From assembly GCF_009914755.1 (NCBI RefSeq), contig NC_060942.1: DNA of 64,000 nt; one strand, given 5' to 3'. The position numbers and the translations under genes are program-made. This document shows, in pieces, positions 1 to 13,599 of this stretch. Each line of letters opens with the position of its first letter. The stretch's first letter is position 1. Origin of the DNA: the human T2T-CHM13v2.0 reference genome, Homo sapiens. The notes under the pieces were generated by a model. It did not search any database and was not told where the DNA came from. It was given only the letters and a program-made list of their open reading frames with translations.

Positions 1-101
1 TGTGCCCTCTACTGACACAGTTGAACCTTTCTTTTCATAGAGCACTTTCGAAACACTCTTTTTGTAGAATCTGCAAGAGGATATTTGCATAGCTTTGAGG
101 A

Positions 102-118
102 TTTCGTGGGAAACGGGA
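102..118 (+). promoter_or_regulatory. CENP-B box, dimer A type (representative)
   Basis: tttcgtgggaaacggga keeps the core nTTCGnnnnAnnCGGGn. Confidence 0.85.
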
Positions 119-443
119 TTGTCTTCAGGTAAAATCTAGACAGAAGCATTCTCAGAAACTTCTTTGGGATGTTTGCATTCAAGTCACAGAGTAGAACATT
201 CCCTTTGGTAGAGCAGGTTTGAAACACTCTTTTTGTAGTGTGTGTAAGTGGACATTTGGAGCGCTTTCAGGCCTACGTTGGAAAAGGAAATATCTTCCCA
301 TAACAACTAGACAGAAGCATTCTCAGAAACTAGTTTCTGATGTGTGTCCTCAACTAACACAGTTGAACATTTCTTTAGACAGAACAGTTTTGAAACACTC
401 TTTTTGTGGAATCTGCAAGTGGATATTTGGCTAGATTTGAGGA

Positions 444-460
444 TTTCGTTGGAAACGGGA
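444..460 (+). promoter_or_regulatory. Canonical CENP-B box, dimer B (representative; boxes recur about every 340 bp)
   Basis: tttcgttggaaacggga matches the consensus YTTCGTTGGAARCGGGA. Confidence 0.95.
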
Positions 461-1680
461 TTACATATAAAAAGCAGACAGCAGCATTCTCAGAAACTTC
501 TTTGTGATGATTGCATTCAAGTCACAGAATTGAACATTCCCTTTCACAGAGCAGGTTTGAAACACTCTTTTTGTAGTGTGTGTAAGTGGACATTTGGAGC
601 GCTTTCCGGCCTAAGGTGAACAAGGAAATATCTTCCCATAAAAACTAGACAGAAGCATTCTCAGAAACTTACTCGTGATGTGTGTCCTCAACTAAAGGAG
701 TAGAACCTTTCTTTTCATAGAGAAGTTTTGAAACGCTCTTTTTGTGGAATCTGCAAGTGGATATTTGGCTAGTTTGGAGGATTTCGTTGGAAACGGGAAT
801 TCATACAAATTGCAGACTGCAGCGTTCTGAGAAACATCTTTGTGATGTTTGTATTCAGGACACAGAGTTGAACATTCCCTATCATAGAGCAGGTAGGAAT
901 CACTCCTTTTGTAGTATCTGGAAGTGGACATTTGGAGCGCTTTCAGGCCTATGTTGGAAAAGGAAATATCTTCCCATAACAACTAGACAGAAGCATTCTC
1001 AGAAACTTATTTGAGATGTGTGTACTCAACTAAGAGAATTGAACCACCGTTTTGAAGGAGCAGTTTTGAAACACTCTTTTTCTGGAATCTGCAAGTGGAT
1101 ATTTGGCTAGCTTTGGGGATTTCGCTGGAAGCGGGAATACATATAAAAAGCACACAGCAGCGTTCTGAGAAACTGCTTTCTGATGTTTGCTTTCAAGTCA
1201 AAAGTTGAACACTCCCTTTCATAGAGCAGTCTTGAAACACCCCTTTTGTAGTATCTGGAACTGGACATTTGGAGCGCTTTCAGGGCTAAGGTGAAAAAGG
1301 AAATATCTTCCCATAAATACTGGACAGAAGCATTCTCAGAAACTTGTTTATGCTGTATCTACTCAACTAACAAAGTTGAACCTTTCTTTTGATAGAGCAG
1401 TTTTGAAATGCTCTTTTTGTGGAATCTGCAAGTGGATATTTGGCTAGCTTTGAGGATTTCGTTGGAAGCGGGAATTCATACAAATTGCAGACTGCAGCGT
1501 TCTGAGAAACATCTTTGTGATGTTTGTATTCAGGACACAGAGTTGAACATTCCCTATCATAGAGCAGGTTGGAATCACTCCTTTTGTAGTATCTGGAAGT
1601 GGACATTTGGAGCGCTTTCAGGCCTATGTTGAAAAAGGAAATATCTTCCCATAACAACTAGGCAGAAGCATTCTCAGAAA

Positions 1681-2698
1681 CTTGTTTGTGATGTGTGCCC
1701 TCTACTGACACTGTTGATCCTTTCTTTTCATAGAGCAGTTTCGAAACACTCTTTTTGTAGAATCTGCAAGAGGATATTTGCATAGCTTTGAGGATTTCGT
1801 GGGAAACGGGATTGTCTTCAGGTAAAATCTAGACAGAAGCATTCTCAGAAACTTCTTTGGGATGTTTGCATTCAAGTCACAGAGTAGAACATTCACTTTG
1901 GTAGAGCAGGTTTGAAACACTCTTTTTGTAGTGTGTGTAAGTGGACATTTGGAGCGCTTTCAGGCCTACGTTGGAAAAGGAAATATCTTCCCATAACAAC
2001 TAGACAGAAGCATTCTCAGAAACTAGTTTCTGATGTGTGTCCTCAACTAACACAGTTGAACATTTCTTTAGACAGAACAGTTTTGAAACACTCTTTTTGT
2101 GGAATCTGCAAGTGGATATTTGGCTAGATTTGAGGATTTCGTTGGAAACGGGATTACATATAAAAAGCAGACAGCAGCATTCTCAGAAACTTCTTTGTGA
2201 TGATTGCATTCAAGTCACAGAATTGAACATTCCCTTTCACAGAGCAGGTTTGAAACACTCTTTTTGTAGTGTGTGTAAGTGGACATTTGGAGCGCTTTCC
2301 GGCCTAAGGTGAAGAAGGAAATATCTTCCCATAAAAACTAGACAGAAGCATTCTCAGAAACTTACTCGTGATGTGTGTCCTCAACTAAAGGAGTAGAACC
2401 TTTCTTTTCATAGAGAAGTTTTGAAACGCTCTTTTTGTGGAATCTGCAAGTGGATATTTGGCTAGTTTTGGGGATTTCGTTGGAAGCGGGAATTCATACA
2501 AATTGCAGACTGCAGCGTTCTGAGAAACATCTTTGTGATGTTTGTATTCAGGACACAGAGTTGAACATTCCCTATCATAGAGCAGGTTGGAATCACTCCT
2601 GTTGTAGTATCTGGAAGTGGACATTTGGAGCGCTTTCAGGCATATGTTGAAAAAGGAAATATCTTCCCATAACAACTAGACAGAGGCATTCTCAGAAA
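1681..2698 (+). repeat. Representative 6-mer variant (A-B-C/E, 1018 bp)
   Basis: Dimer C is followed directly by A. The unit equals the 1693-bp 10-mer minus 675 bp. Confidence 0.92.
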
Positions 2699-3377
2699 CT
2701 TGTTTGTGATGTGTGCCCTCTACTGACAGAGTTGAACCTTTCTTTTCATAGAGCACTTTCGAAACACTCTTTTTGTAGAATCTGCAAGAGGATATTTGCA
2801 TAGCTTTGAGGATTTCGTGGGAAACGGGATTGTCTTCAGGTAAAATCTAGACAGAAGCATTCTCAGAAACTTCTTTGGGATGTTTGCATTCAAGTCACAG
2901 AGTAGAACATTCCCTTTGGTAGAGCAGGTTTGAAACACTCTTTTTGTAGTGTGTGTAAGTGGACATTTGGAGCGCTTTCAGGCCTACGTTGGAAAAGGAA
3001 ATATCTTCCCATAACAACTAGACAGAAGCATTCTCAGAAACTAGTTTCTGATGTGTGTCCTCAACTAACACAGTTGAACTTTTCTTTAGACAGAACAGTT
3101 TTGAAACACTCTTTTGTGGAATCTGCAAGTGGATATTTGGCTAGATTTGAGGATTTCGTTGGAAAAGGGATTACATATAAAAAGCAGACAGCAGCATTCT
3201 CAGAAACTTCTTTGTGATGATTGTATTCAGGACACAGAGTTGAACATTCCCTATCATAGAGCAGGTTGGAATCACTCCTTTTGTAGTATCTGGAAGTGGA
3301 CATTTGGAGCGCTTTCAGGCCTATGTTGAAAAAGGAAATATCTTCCCATAACAACTAGGCAGAAGCATTCTCAGAAA
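2699..3377 (+). repeat. Representative 4-mer variant (A + hybrid B', 679 bp)
   Basis: B' carries aacttttc, a 1-bp T deletion, the box variant ggaaaaggga and the hybrid junction gatgattgtattcagg. Confidence 0.92.
3154..3170 (+). promoter_or_regulatory. Disrupted CENP-B box of hybrid dimer B' (13 copies counted in the window)
   Basis: tttcgttggaaaaggga has the essential CGGG changed to AGGG. Confidence 0.85.
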
Positions 3378-6300
3378 CTTGTTTGTGATGTGTGCCTTCT
3401 ACTGACACAGTTGAACCTTTCTTTTCATAGAGCAGTTTCGAAACACTCTTTTTGTAGAATCTGTAAGAGGATATTTGCATAGCTTTGAGGATTTCGTAGG
3501 AAACGGGATAGTCTTCACGTAAAATCTAGACAGAAGAATTCTCAGAAACTTCTTTGGGATGTTTGCATTCAAGTCACAGAGTAGAATATTCACTTTGGTA
3601 GAGCAGGTTTGAAACACTCTTTTTATAGTGTGTGTAAGTGGACATTTGGAGCGCTTTCAGGCCTACGTTGGAAAAGGAAATATCTTCCCATAACAACTAG
3701 ACAGAAGCATTCTCAGAAACTAGTTTCTGATGTGTGTCCTCAACTAACACAGTTGAACATTTCTTTAGACAGAACAGTTTTGAAACACTCTTTTTGTGGA
3801 ATCTGCAAGTGGATATTTGGCTAGATTTGAGGATTTCGTTGGAAACGGGATTACATATTAAAAGCAGACAGCAGCATTCTCAGAAACTTCTTTGTGATGA
3901 TTGCATTCAAGTCACAGAATTGAACATTCCCTTTCACAGAGCAGGTTTGAAACACTCTTTTTGTAGTGTGTGTAAGTGGACATTTGGAGCGCTTTTCGGC
4001 CTAAGGTGAAAAAGGAAATATCTTCCCATAAAAATTAGACAGAAGCATTCTCAGAAACTTACTCGTGATGTGTGTCCTCAACTAAAGGAGTAGAACCTTT
4101 CTTTTCATAGAGAAGTTTTGAAACGCTCTTTTTGTGGAATCTGCAAGTGGATATTTGGCTAGTTTGGAGGATTTCGTTGGAAGCGGGAATTCATACAAAT
4201 TGCAGACTGCAGCGTTCTGAGAAACATCTTTGTGATGTTTGTATTCAGGACACAGAGTTGAACATTCCCTATCATAGAGCAGGTTTGAATCACTCCTTTT
4301 CTATTATCTGGAAGTGGACATTTGGAGCGCTTTCAGGCCTATGTTGGAAAAGGAAATATCTTCCCATAACAACTAGACAGAAGCATTCTCAGAAACTTAT
4401 TTGAGATGTGTGTACTCAACTAAGAGAATTGAACCACCGTTTTGAAGGAGCAGTTTTGAAACACTCTTTTTCTGGAATCTGCAAGTGGATATTTGGCTAG
4501 CTTTGGGGATTTCGCTGGAAGTGGGAATACATATAAAAAGCACACAGCAGCGTTCTGAGAAACTGCTTTCTGATGTTTGCATTCAAGTCAAAAGTTGAAC
4601 ACTCCTTTTCATAGAGCAGTCTTGAAATACCCCTTTTGTAGTATCTGGAACTGGACATTTGGAGCGCTTTCAGGGCTAAGGTGAAAAAGGAAATATCTTC
4701 CCATAAAAACTGGACAGAAGCATTCTCAGAAACTTGTTTATGCTGTATCTACTCAACTAACAAAGTTGAACCTTTCTTTTGATAGAGCAGTTTTGAAATG
4801 CTCTTTTTGTGGAATCTGCAAGTGGATATTTGGCTAGGTTTGAGGATTTCGTTGGAAGCGGGAATTCATACAAATTGCAGACTGCAGCGTTGTGAGAAAC
4901 ATCTTTGTGATGTTTGTATTCAGGACACAGAGTTGAACATTCCCTATCATAGAGCAGGTTGGAATCACTCCTTTTGTAGTATCTGGAAGTGGACATTTGG
5001 AGCGCTTTCAGGCCTATGTTGAAAAAGGAAATATCTTCCCATAACAACTAGGCAGAGGCATTCTCAGAAACTTGTTTGTGATGTGTGCCCTCTACTGACA
5101 CAGTTGAAACTTTCTTTTCATAGAGCAGTTTCGAAACACTCTTTTTGTAGAATCTGCAAGAGGATATTTGCATAGCTTTGAGGATTTCGTGGGAAACGGG
5201 ACTGTCTTCAGGTAAAATCTAGACAGAAGCATTCTCAGAAACTTCTTTGGGATGTTTGCATTCAAGTCACAGAGTCGAACATTCACTTTGGTAGAGCAGG
5301 TTTGAAACACTCTTTTTGTAGTGTGTGTAAGTGGACATTTGGAGCGCTTTCAGGCCTACGTTGGAAAAGGAAATATCTTCCCATAACAACTAGACAGAAG
5401 CATTCTCAGAAACTAGTTTCTGATGTGTGTCCTCAACTAACACAGTTGAACATTTCTTTAGACAGAACAGTTTTGAAACACTCTTTTTGTGGAATCTGCA
5501 AGTGGATATTTGGCTAGATTTGAGGATTTCGTTGGAAACGGGATTACATATAAAAAGCAGACAGCAGCATTCTCAGAAACTTCTTTGTGATGATTGCATT
5601 CAAGTCACAGAATTGAACATTCCCTTTCACAGAGCAGGTTTGAAACACTCTTTTTGTAGTGTGTGTAAGTGGACATTTGGAGCGCTTTCCGGCCTAAGGT
5701 GAAGATGGAAATATCTTCCCATAAAAACTAGACAGAAGCATTCTCAGAAACTTACTCGTGATGTGTGTCCTCAACTAAAGGAGTAGAACCTTTCTTTTCA
5801 TAGAGAAGTTTTGAAACGCTCTTTTTGTGGAATCTGCAAGTGGATATTTGGCTAGTTTGGAGGATTTCGTTGGAAGCGGGAATTCATACAAATTGCAGAC
5901 TGCAGCGTTCTGAGAAACATCTTTGTGATGTTTGTATTCAGGACACAGAGTTGAACATTCCCTATCATAGAGCAGGTTGGAATCACTCCTTTTGTAGTAT
6001 CTGGAAGTGGACATTTGGAGCGCTTTCAGGCCTATGTTGAAAAAGGAAATATCTTCCCATAACAACTAGACAGAAGCATTCTCAGAAACTTGTTTGTGAT
6101 GTGTGCCCTCTACTGACAGAGTTGAACCTTTCTTTTCATAGAGCACTTTCGAAACACTCTTTTTGTTGAATTTGCAAGAGGATATTTGCATAGCTTTGAG
6201 GATTTCGTGGGAAACGGGATTGTCTTCAGGTAAAATCTAGACAGAAGCATTCTCAGAAACTTCTTTGGGATGTTTGCATTCAAGTCACAGAGTAGTACAT

Positions 6301-9300
6301 TCCCTTTGGTAGAGCAGGTTTGAAACACTCTTTTTGTAGTGTGTGTAAGTGGACATTTGGAGCGCTTTCAGGCCTACGTTGGAAAAGGAAATATCTTCCC
6401 ATAACAACTAGACAGAAGCATTCTCAGAAACTAGTTTCTGATGTGTGTCCTCAACTAACACAGTTGAACTTTTCTTTAGACAGAATAGTTTTGAAACACT
6501 CTTTTTGTGGAATCTGCAAGTGGATATTTGGCTAGATTTCAGGATTTCGTTGGAAACGGGATTACATATAAAAAGCAGACAGCAGCATTCTCAGAAACTT
6601 CTTTGTGATGATTGCATTCAAGTCACAGAATTGAACATTCCCTTTCACAGAGCAGGTTTGAAACACTCTTTTTGTAGTGTGTGTAAGTGGACATTTGGAG
6701 CGCTTTCCGGCCTAAGGTGAACAAGGAAATATCTTCCCATAAAAACTAGACAGAAGCATTCTGAGAAACTTACTCGTGATGTGTGTCCTCAACTAAAGGA
6801 GTAGAACCTTTCTTTTCATAGAGAAGTTTTGAAACGCTCTTTTTGTGGAATCTGCAAGTGGATATTTGGCTAGTTTTGGGGATTTCGTTGAAAGCGGGAA
6901 TTCATACAAATTGCAGACTGCAGCGTTCTGAGAAACATCTTTGTGATGTTTGTATTCAGGACACAGAGTTGAACATTCCCTATCATAGAGCAGGTTGGAA
7001 TCACTCCTTTTGTAGTATCTGGAAGTGGACATTTGGAGCGCTTTCAGGCATATGTTGAAAAAGGAATTATCTTCCCATAACAACTAGACAGAGGCATTCT
7101 CAGAAACTTGTTTGTGATGTGTGCCCTCTACTGACAGAGTTGAACCTTTCTTTTCATAGAGCACTTTCGAAACACTCTTTTTGTAGAATCTGCAAGAGGA
7201 TATTTGCATAGCTTTGAGGATTTCGTGGGAAACGGGATTGTCTTCAGGTAAAATCTAGACAGAAGCATTCTCAGAAACTTCTTTGGGATGTTTGCATTCA
7301 AGTCACAGAGTAAAACATTCCCTTTGGTAGAGCAGGTTTGAAACACTCTTTTTGTAGTGTGTGTAAGTGGACATTTGGAGCGCTTTCAGGCCTACGTTGG
7401 AAAAGGAAATATCTTCCCATAACAACTAGACAGAAGCATTCTCACAAACTAGTTTCTGATGTGTGTCCTCAACTAACACAGTTGAACTTTTCTTTAGACA
7501 GAACAGTTTTGAAACACTCTTTTGTGGAATCTGCAAGTGGATATTTGGCTAGATTTGAGGATTTCGTTGGAAAAGGGATTACATATAAAAAGCAGACAGC
7601 AGCATTCTCAGAAACTTCTTTGTGATGATTGTATTCAGGACACAGAGTTGAACATTCCCTATCATAGAGCAGGTTGGAATCACTCCTTTTGTAGTATCTG
7701 GAAGTGGACATTTGGAGCGCTTTCAGGCCTATGTTGAAAAAGGAAATATCTTCCCATAACAACTAGGCAGAAGCATTCTCAGAAACTTGTTTGTGATGTG
7801 TGCCCTCTACTGACACAGTTGATCCTTTCTTTTCATAGAGCAGTTTCGAAACACTCTTTTTGTAGAATCTGCAAGAGGATATTTGCATAGCTTTGAGGAT
7901 TTCGTGGGAAACGGGATTGTATTCAGGTAAAATCTAGACAGAAGCATTCTCAGAAACTTCTTTGGGATGTTTGCATTCAAGTCACAGAGTAAAACATTCC
8001 CTTTGGTAGAGCAGGTTTGAAACACTCTTTTTGTAGTGTGTGTAAGTGGACATTTGGAGCGCTTTCAGGCCTACGTTGGAAAAGGAAATATCTTCCCATA
8101 AAAACTAGACAGAAGCATTCTCAGAAACTAGTTTCTGATGTGTGTCCTCAACTAACACAGTTGAACTTTTCTTTAGACAGAACAGTTTTGAAACACTCTT
8201 TTGTGGAATCTGCAAGTGGATATTTGGCTAGATTTGAGGATTTCGTTGGAAAAGGGATTACATATAAAAAGCAGACAGCAGCATTCTCAGAAACTTCTTT
8301 GTGATGATTGTATTCAGGACACAGAGTTGAACATTCCCTATCATAGAGCAGGTTGGAATCACTCCTTTTGTAGTATCTGGAAGTGGACATTTGGAGCGCT
8401 TTCAGGCCTATGTTGAAAAAGGAAATATCTTCCCATAACAACTAGGCAGAAGCATTCTCAGAAACTTGTTTGTGATGTGTGCCCTCTACTGACACAGTTG
8501 ATCCTTTCTTTTCATAGAGCAGTTTCGAAACACTCTTTTTGTAGAATCTGCAAGAGGATATTTGCATAGCTTTGAGGATTTCGTGGGAAACGGGATTGTC
8601 TTCAGGTAAAATCTAGACAGAAGCATTCTCAGAAACTTCTTTGGGATGTTTGCATTCAAGTCACAGAGTAGAACATTCACTTTGGTAGAGCAGGTTTGAA
8701 ACACTCTTTTTGTAGTGTGTGTAAGTGGACATTTGGAGCGCTTTCAGGCCTACGTTGGAAAAGGAAATATCTTCCCATAACAACTAGACAGAAGCATTCT
8801 CAGAAACTAGTTTCTGATGTGTGTCCTCAACTAACACAGTTGAACATTTCTTTAGACAGAACAGTTTTGAAACACTCTTTTTGTGGAATCTGCAAGTGGA
8901 TATTTGGCTAGATTTGAGGATTTCGTTGGAAACGGGATTACATATAAAAAGCAGACAGCAGCATTCTCAGAAACTTCTTTGTGATGATTGCATTCAAGTC
9001 ACAGAATTGAACATTCCCTTTCACAGAGCAGGTTTGAAACACTCTTTTTGTAGTGTGTGTAAGTGGACATTTGGAGCGCTTTCCGGCCTAAGGTGAAGAA
9101 GGAAATATCTTCCCATAAAAACTAGACAGAAGCATTCTCAGAAACTTACTCGTGATGTGTGTCCTCAACTAAAGGAGTAGAACCTTTCTTTTCATAGAGA
9201 AGTTTTGAAACGCTCTTTTTGTGGAATCTGCAAGTGGATATTTGGCTAGTTTTGGGGATTTCGTTGGAAGCGGGAATTCATACAAATTGCAGACTGCAGC

Positions 9301-11854
9301 GTTCTGAGAAACATCTTTGTGATGTTTGTATTCAGGACACAGAGTTGAACATTCCCTATCATAGAGCAGGTTGGAATCACTCCTGTTGTAGTATCTGGAA
9401 GTGGACATTTGGAGCGCTTTCAGGCATATGTTGAAAAAGGAAATATCTTCCCATAACAACTAGACAGAGGCATTCTCAGAAACTTGTTTGTGATGTGTGC
9501 CCTCTACTGACAGAGTTGAACCTTTCTTTTCATAGAGCACTTTCGAAACACTCTTTTTGTAGAATCTGCAAGAGGATATTTGCATAGCTTTGAGGATTTC
9601 GTGGGAAACGGGATTGTCTTCAGGTAAAATCTAGACAGAAGCATTCTCAGAAACTTCTTTGGGATGTTTGCATTCAAGTCACAGAGTAGAACATTCCCTT
9701 TGGTAGAGCAGGTTTGAAACACTCTTTTTGTAGTGTGTGTAAGTGGACATTTGGAGCGCTTTCAGGCCTACGTTGGAAAAGGAAATATCTTCCCATAACA
9801 ACTAGACAGAAGCATTCTCAGAAACTAGTTTCTGATGTGTGTCCTCAACTAACACAGTTGAACTTTTCTTTAGACAGAACAGTTTTGAAACACTCTTTTG
9901 TGGAATCTGCAAGTGGATATTTGGCTAGATTTGAGGATTTCGTTGGAAAAGGGATTACATATAAAAAGCAGACAGCAGCATTCTCAGAAACTTCTTTGTG
10001 ATGATTGTATTCAGGACACAGAGTTGAACATTCCCTATCATAGAGCAGGTTGGAATCACTCCTTTTGTAGTATCTGGAAGTGGACATTTGGAGCGCTTTC
10101 AGGCCTATGTTGAAAAAGGAAATATCTTCCCATAACAACTAGGCAGAAGCATTCTCAGAAACTTGTTTGTGATGTGTGCCTTCTACTGACACAGTTGAAC
10201 CTTTCTTTTCATAGAGCAGTTTCGAAACACTCTTTTTGTAGAATCTGTAAGAGGATATTTGCATAGCTTTGAGGATTTCGTAGGAAACGGGATAGTCTTC
10301 ACGTAAAATCTAGACAGAAGAATTCTCAGAAACTTCTTTGGGATGTTTGCATTCAAGTCACAGAGTAGAATATTCACTTTGGTAGAGCAGGTTTGAAACA
10401 CTCTTTTTATAGTGTGTGTAAGTGGACATTTGGAGCGCTTTCAGGCCTACGTTGGAAAAGGAAATATCTTCCCATAACAACTAGACAGAAGCATTCTCAG
10501 AAACTAGTTTCTGATGTGTGTCCTCAACTAACACAGTTGAACATTTCTTTAGACAGAACAGTTTTGAAACACTCTTTTTGTGGAATCTGCAAGTGGATAT
10601 TTGGCTAGATTTGAGGATTTCGTTGGAAACGGGATTACATATTAAAAGCAGACAGCAGCATTCTCAGAAACTTCTTTGTGATGATTGCATTCAAGTCACA
10701 GAATTGAACATTCCCTTTCACAGAGCAGGTTTGAAACACTCTTTTTGTAGTGTGTGTAAGTGGACATTTGGAGCGCTTTTCGGCCTAAGGTGAAAAAGGA
10801 AATATCTTCCCATAAAAATTAGACAGAAGCATTCTCAGAAACTTACTCGTGATGTGTGTCCTCAACTAAAGGAGTAGAACCTTTCTTTTCATAGAGAAGT
10901 TTTGAAACGCTCTTTTTGTGGAATCTGCAAGTGGATATTTGGCTAGTTTGGAGGATTTCGTTGGAAGCGGGAATTCATACAAATTGCAGACTGCAGCGTT
11001 CTGAGAAACATCTTTGTGATGTTTGTATTCAGGACACAGAGTTGAACATTCCCTATCATAGAGCAGGTTTGAATCACTCCTTTTCTATTATCTGGAAGTG
11101 GACATTTGGAGCGCTTTCAGGCCTATGTTGGAAAAGGAAATATCTTCCCATAACAACTAGACAGAAGCATTCTCAGAAACTTATTTGAGATGTGTGTACT
11201 CAACTAAGAGAATTGAACCACCGTTTTGAAGGAGCAGTTTTGAAACACTCTTTTTCTGGAATCTGCAAGTGGATATTTGGCTAGCTTTGGGGATTTCGCT
11301 GGAAGCGGGAATACATATAAAAAGCACACAGCAGCGTTCTGAGAAACTGCTTTCTGATGTTTGCATTCAAGTCAAAAGTTGAACACTCCTTTTCATAGAG
11401 CAGTCTTGAAATACCCCTTTTGTAGTATCTGGAACTGGACATTTGGAGCGCTTTCAGGGCTAAGGTGAAAAAGGAAATATCTTCCCATAAAAACTGGACA
11501 GAAGCATTCTCAGAAACTTGTTTATGCTGTATCTACTCAACTAACAAAGTTGAACCTTTCTTTTGATAGAGCAGTTTTGAAATGCTCTTTTTGTGGAATC
11601 TGCAAGTGGATATTTGGCTAGGTTTGAGGATTTCGTTGGAAGCGGGAATTCATACAAATTGCAGACTGCAGCGTTGTGAGAAACATCTTTGTGATGTTTG
11701 TATTCAGGACACAGAGTTGAACATTCCCTATCATAGAGCAGGTTGGAATCACTCCTTTTGTAGTATCTGGAAGTGGACATTTGGAGCGCTTTCAGGCCTA
11801 TGTTGAAAAAGGAAATATCTTCCCATAACAACTAGGCAGAGGCATTCTCAGAAA

Positions 11855-12196
11855 CTTGTTTGTGATGTGTGCCCTCTACTGACACAGTTGAACCTTTCTT
11901 TTCATAGAGCAGTTTCGAAACACTCTTTTTGTAGAATCTGCAAGAGGATATTTGCATAGCTTTGAGGATTTCGTGGGAAACGGGATTGTCTTCAGGTAAA
12001 ATCTAGACAGAAGCATTCTCAGAAACTTCTTTGGGATGTTTGCATTCAAGTCACAGAGTCGAACATTCACTTTGGTAGAGCAGGTTTGAAACACTCTTTT
12101 TGTAGTGTGTGTAAGTGGACATTTGGAGCGCTTTCAGGCCTACGTTGGAAAAGGAAATATCTTCCCATAACAACTAGACAGAAGCATTCTCAGAAA
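11855..12196 (+). repeat. Representative 2-mer variant (extra dimer A, 342 bp)
   Basis: A is followed directly by A. The same occurs at 16605, 20337, 24069 and 40676. Confidence 0.92.
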
Positions 12197-13599
12197 CTTG
12201 TTTGTGATGTGTGCCCTCTACTGACACAGTTGAACCTTTCTTTTCATAGAGCACTTTCGAAACACTCTTTTTGTAGAATCTGCAAGAGGATATTTGCATA
12301 GCTTTGAGGATTTCGTGGGAAACGGGATTGTCTTCAGGTAAAATCTAGACAGAAGCATTCTCAGAAACTTCTTTGGGATGTTAGCATTCAAGTCACAGAG
12401 TAGAACATTCCCTTTGGTAGAGCAGGTTTGAAACACTCTTTTTGTAGTGTGGGTAAGTGGACATTTGGAGCGCTTTCAGGCCTACGTTGGAAAAGGAAAT
12501 ATCTTCCCATAACAACTAGACAGAAGCATTCTCAGAAACTAGTTTCTGATGTGTGTCCTCAACTAACACAGTTGAACTTTTCTTTAGACAGAACAGTTTT
12601 GAAACACTCTTTTTGTGGAATCTGCAAGTGGATATTTGGCTAGATTTGAGGATTTCGTTGGAAACGGGATTACATATAAAAAGCAGACAGCAGCATTCTC
12701 AGAAACTTCTTTGTGATGATTGCATTCAAGTCACAGAATTGAACATTCCCTTTCACAGAGCAGGTTTGAAACACTCTTTTTGTAGTGTGTGTAAGTGGAC
12801 ATTTGGAGCGCTTTCCGGCCTAAGGTGAAGATGGAAATATCTTCCCATAAAAACTAGACAGAAGCATTCTCAGAAACTTACTCGTGATGTGTGTCCTCAA
12901 CTAAAGGAGTAGAACCTTTCTTTTCATAGAGAAGTTTTGAAACGCTCTTTTTGTGGAATCTGCAAGTAGATATTTGGCTAGTTTGGAGGATTTCGTTGGA
13001 AGCGGGAATTCATACAAATTGCAGACTGCAGCGTTCTGAGAAACATCTTTGTGATGTTTGTATTCAGGACACAGAGTTGAACATTCCCTATCATAGAGCA
13101 GGTTGGAATCACTCCTTTTGTAGTATCTGGAAGTGGACATTTGGAGCGCTTTCAGGCCTATGTTGAAAAAGGAAATATCTTCCCATAACAACTAGACAGA
13201 AGCATTCTCAGAAACTTGTTTGTGATGTGTGCCCTCTACTGACAGAGTTGAACCTTTCTTTTCATAGAGCACTTTCGAAACACTCTTTTTGTTGAATTTG
13301 CAAGAGGATATTTGCATAGCTTTGAGGATTTCGTGGGAAACGGGATTGTCTTCAGGTAAAATCTAGACAGAAGCATTCTCAGAAACTTCTTTGGGATGTT
13401 TGCATTCAAGTCACAGAGTAGTACATTCCCTTTGGTAGAGCAGGTTTGAAACACTCTTTTTGTAGTGTGTGTAAGTGGACATTTGGAGCGCTTTCAGGCC
13501 TACGTTGGAAAAGGAAATATCTTCCCATAACAACTAGACAGAAGCATTCTCAGAAACTAGTTTCTGATGTGTGTCCTCAACTAACACAGTTGAACTTTT

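Noticed and set aside
465-473. TATA-like catataaaa motifs as promoters
   Set aside because: They are a constitutive part of the monomers next to the CENP-B box, and sequence alone gives no evidence of promoter activity.
6884-6900. Box variants ttcgttgaaagcggga and ttcgtaggaaacggga as CENP-B knockouts
   Set aside because: The changes fall in non-essential positions; the TTCG..A..CGGG core is intact.
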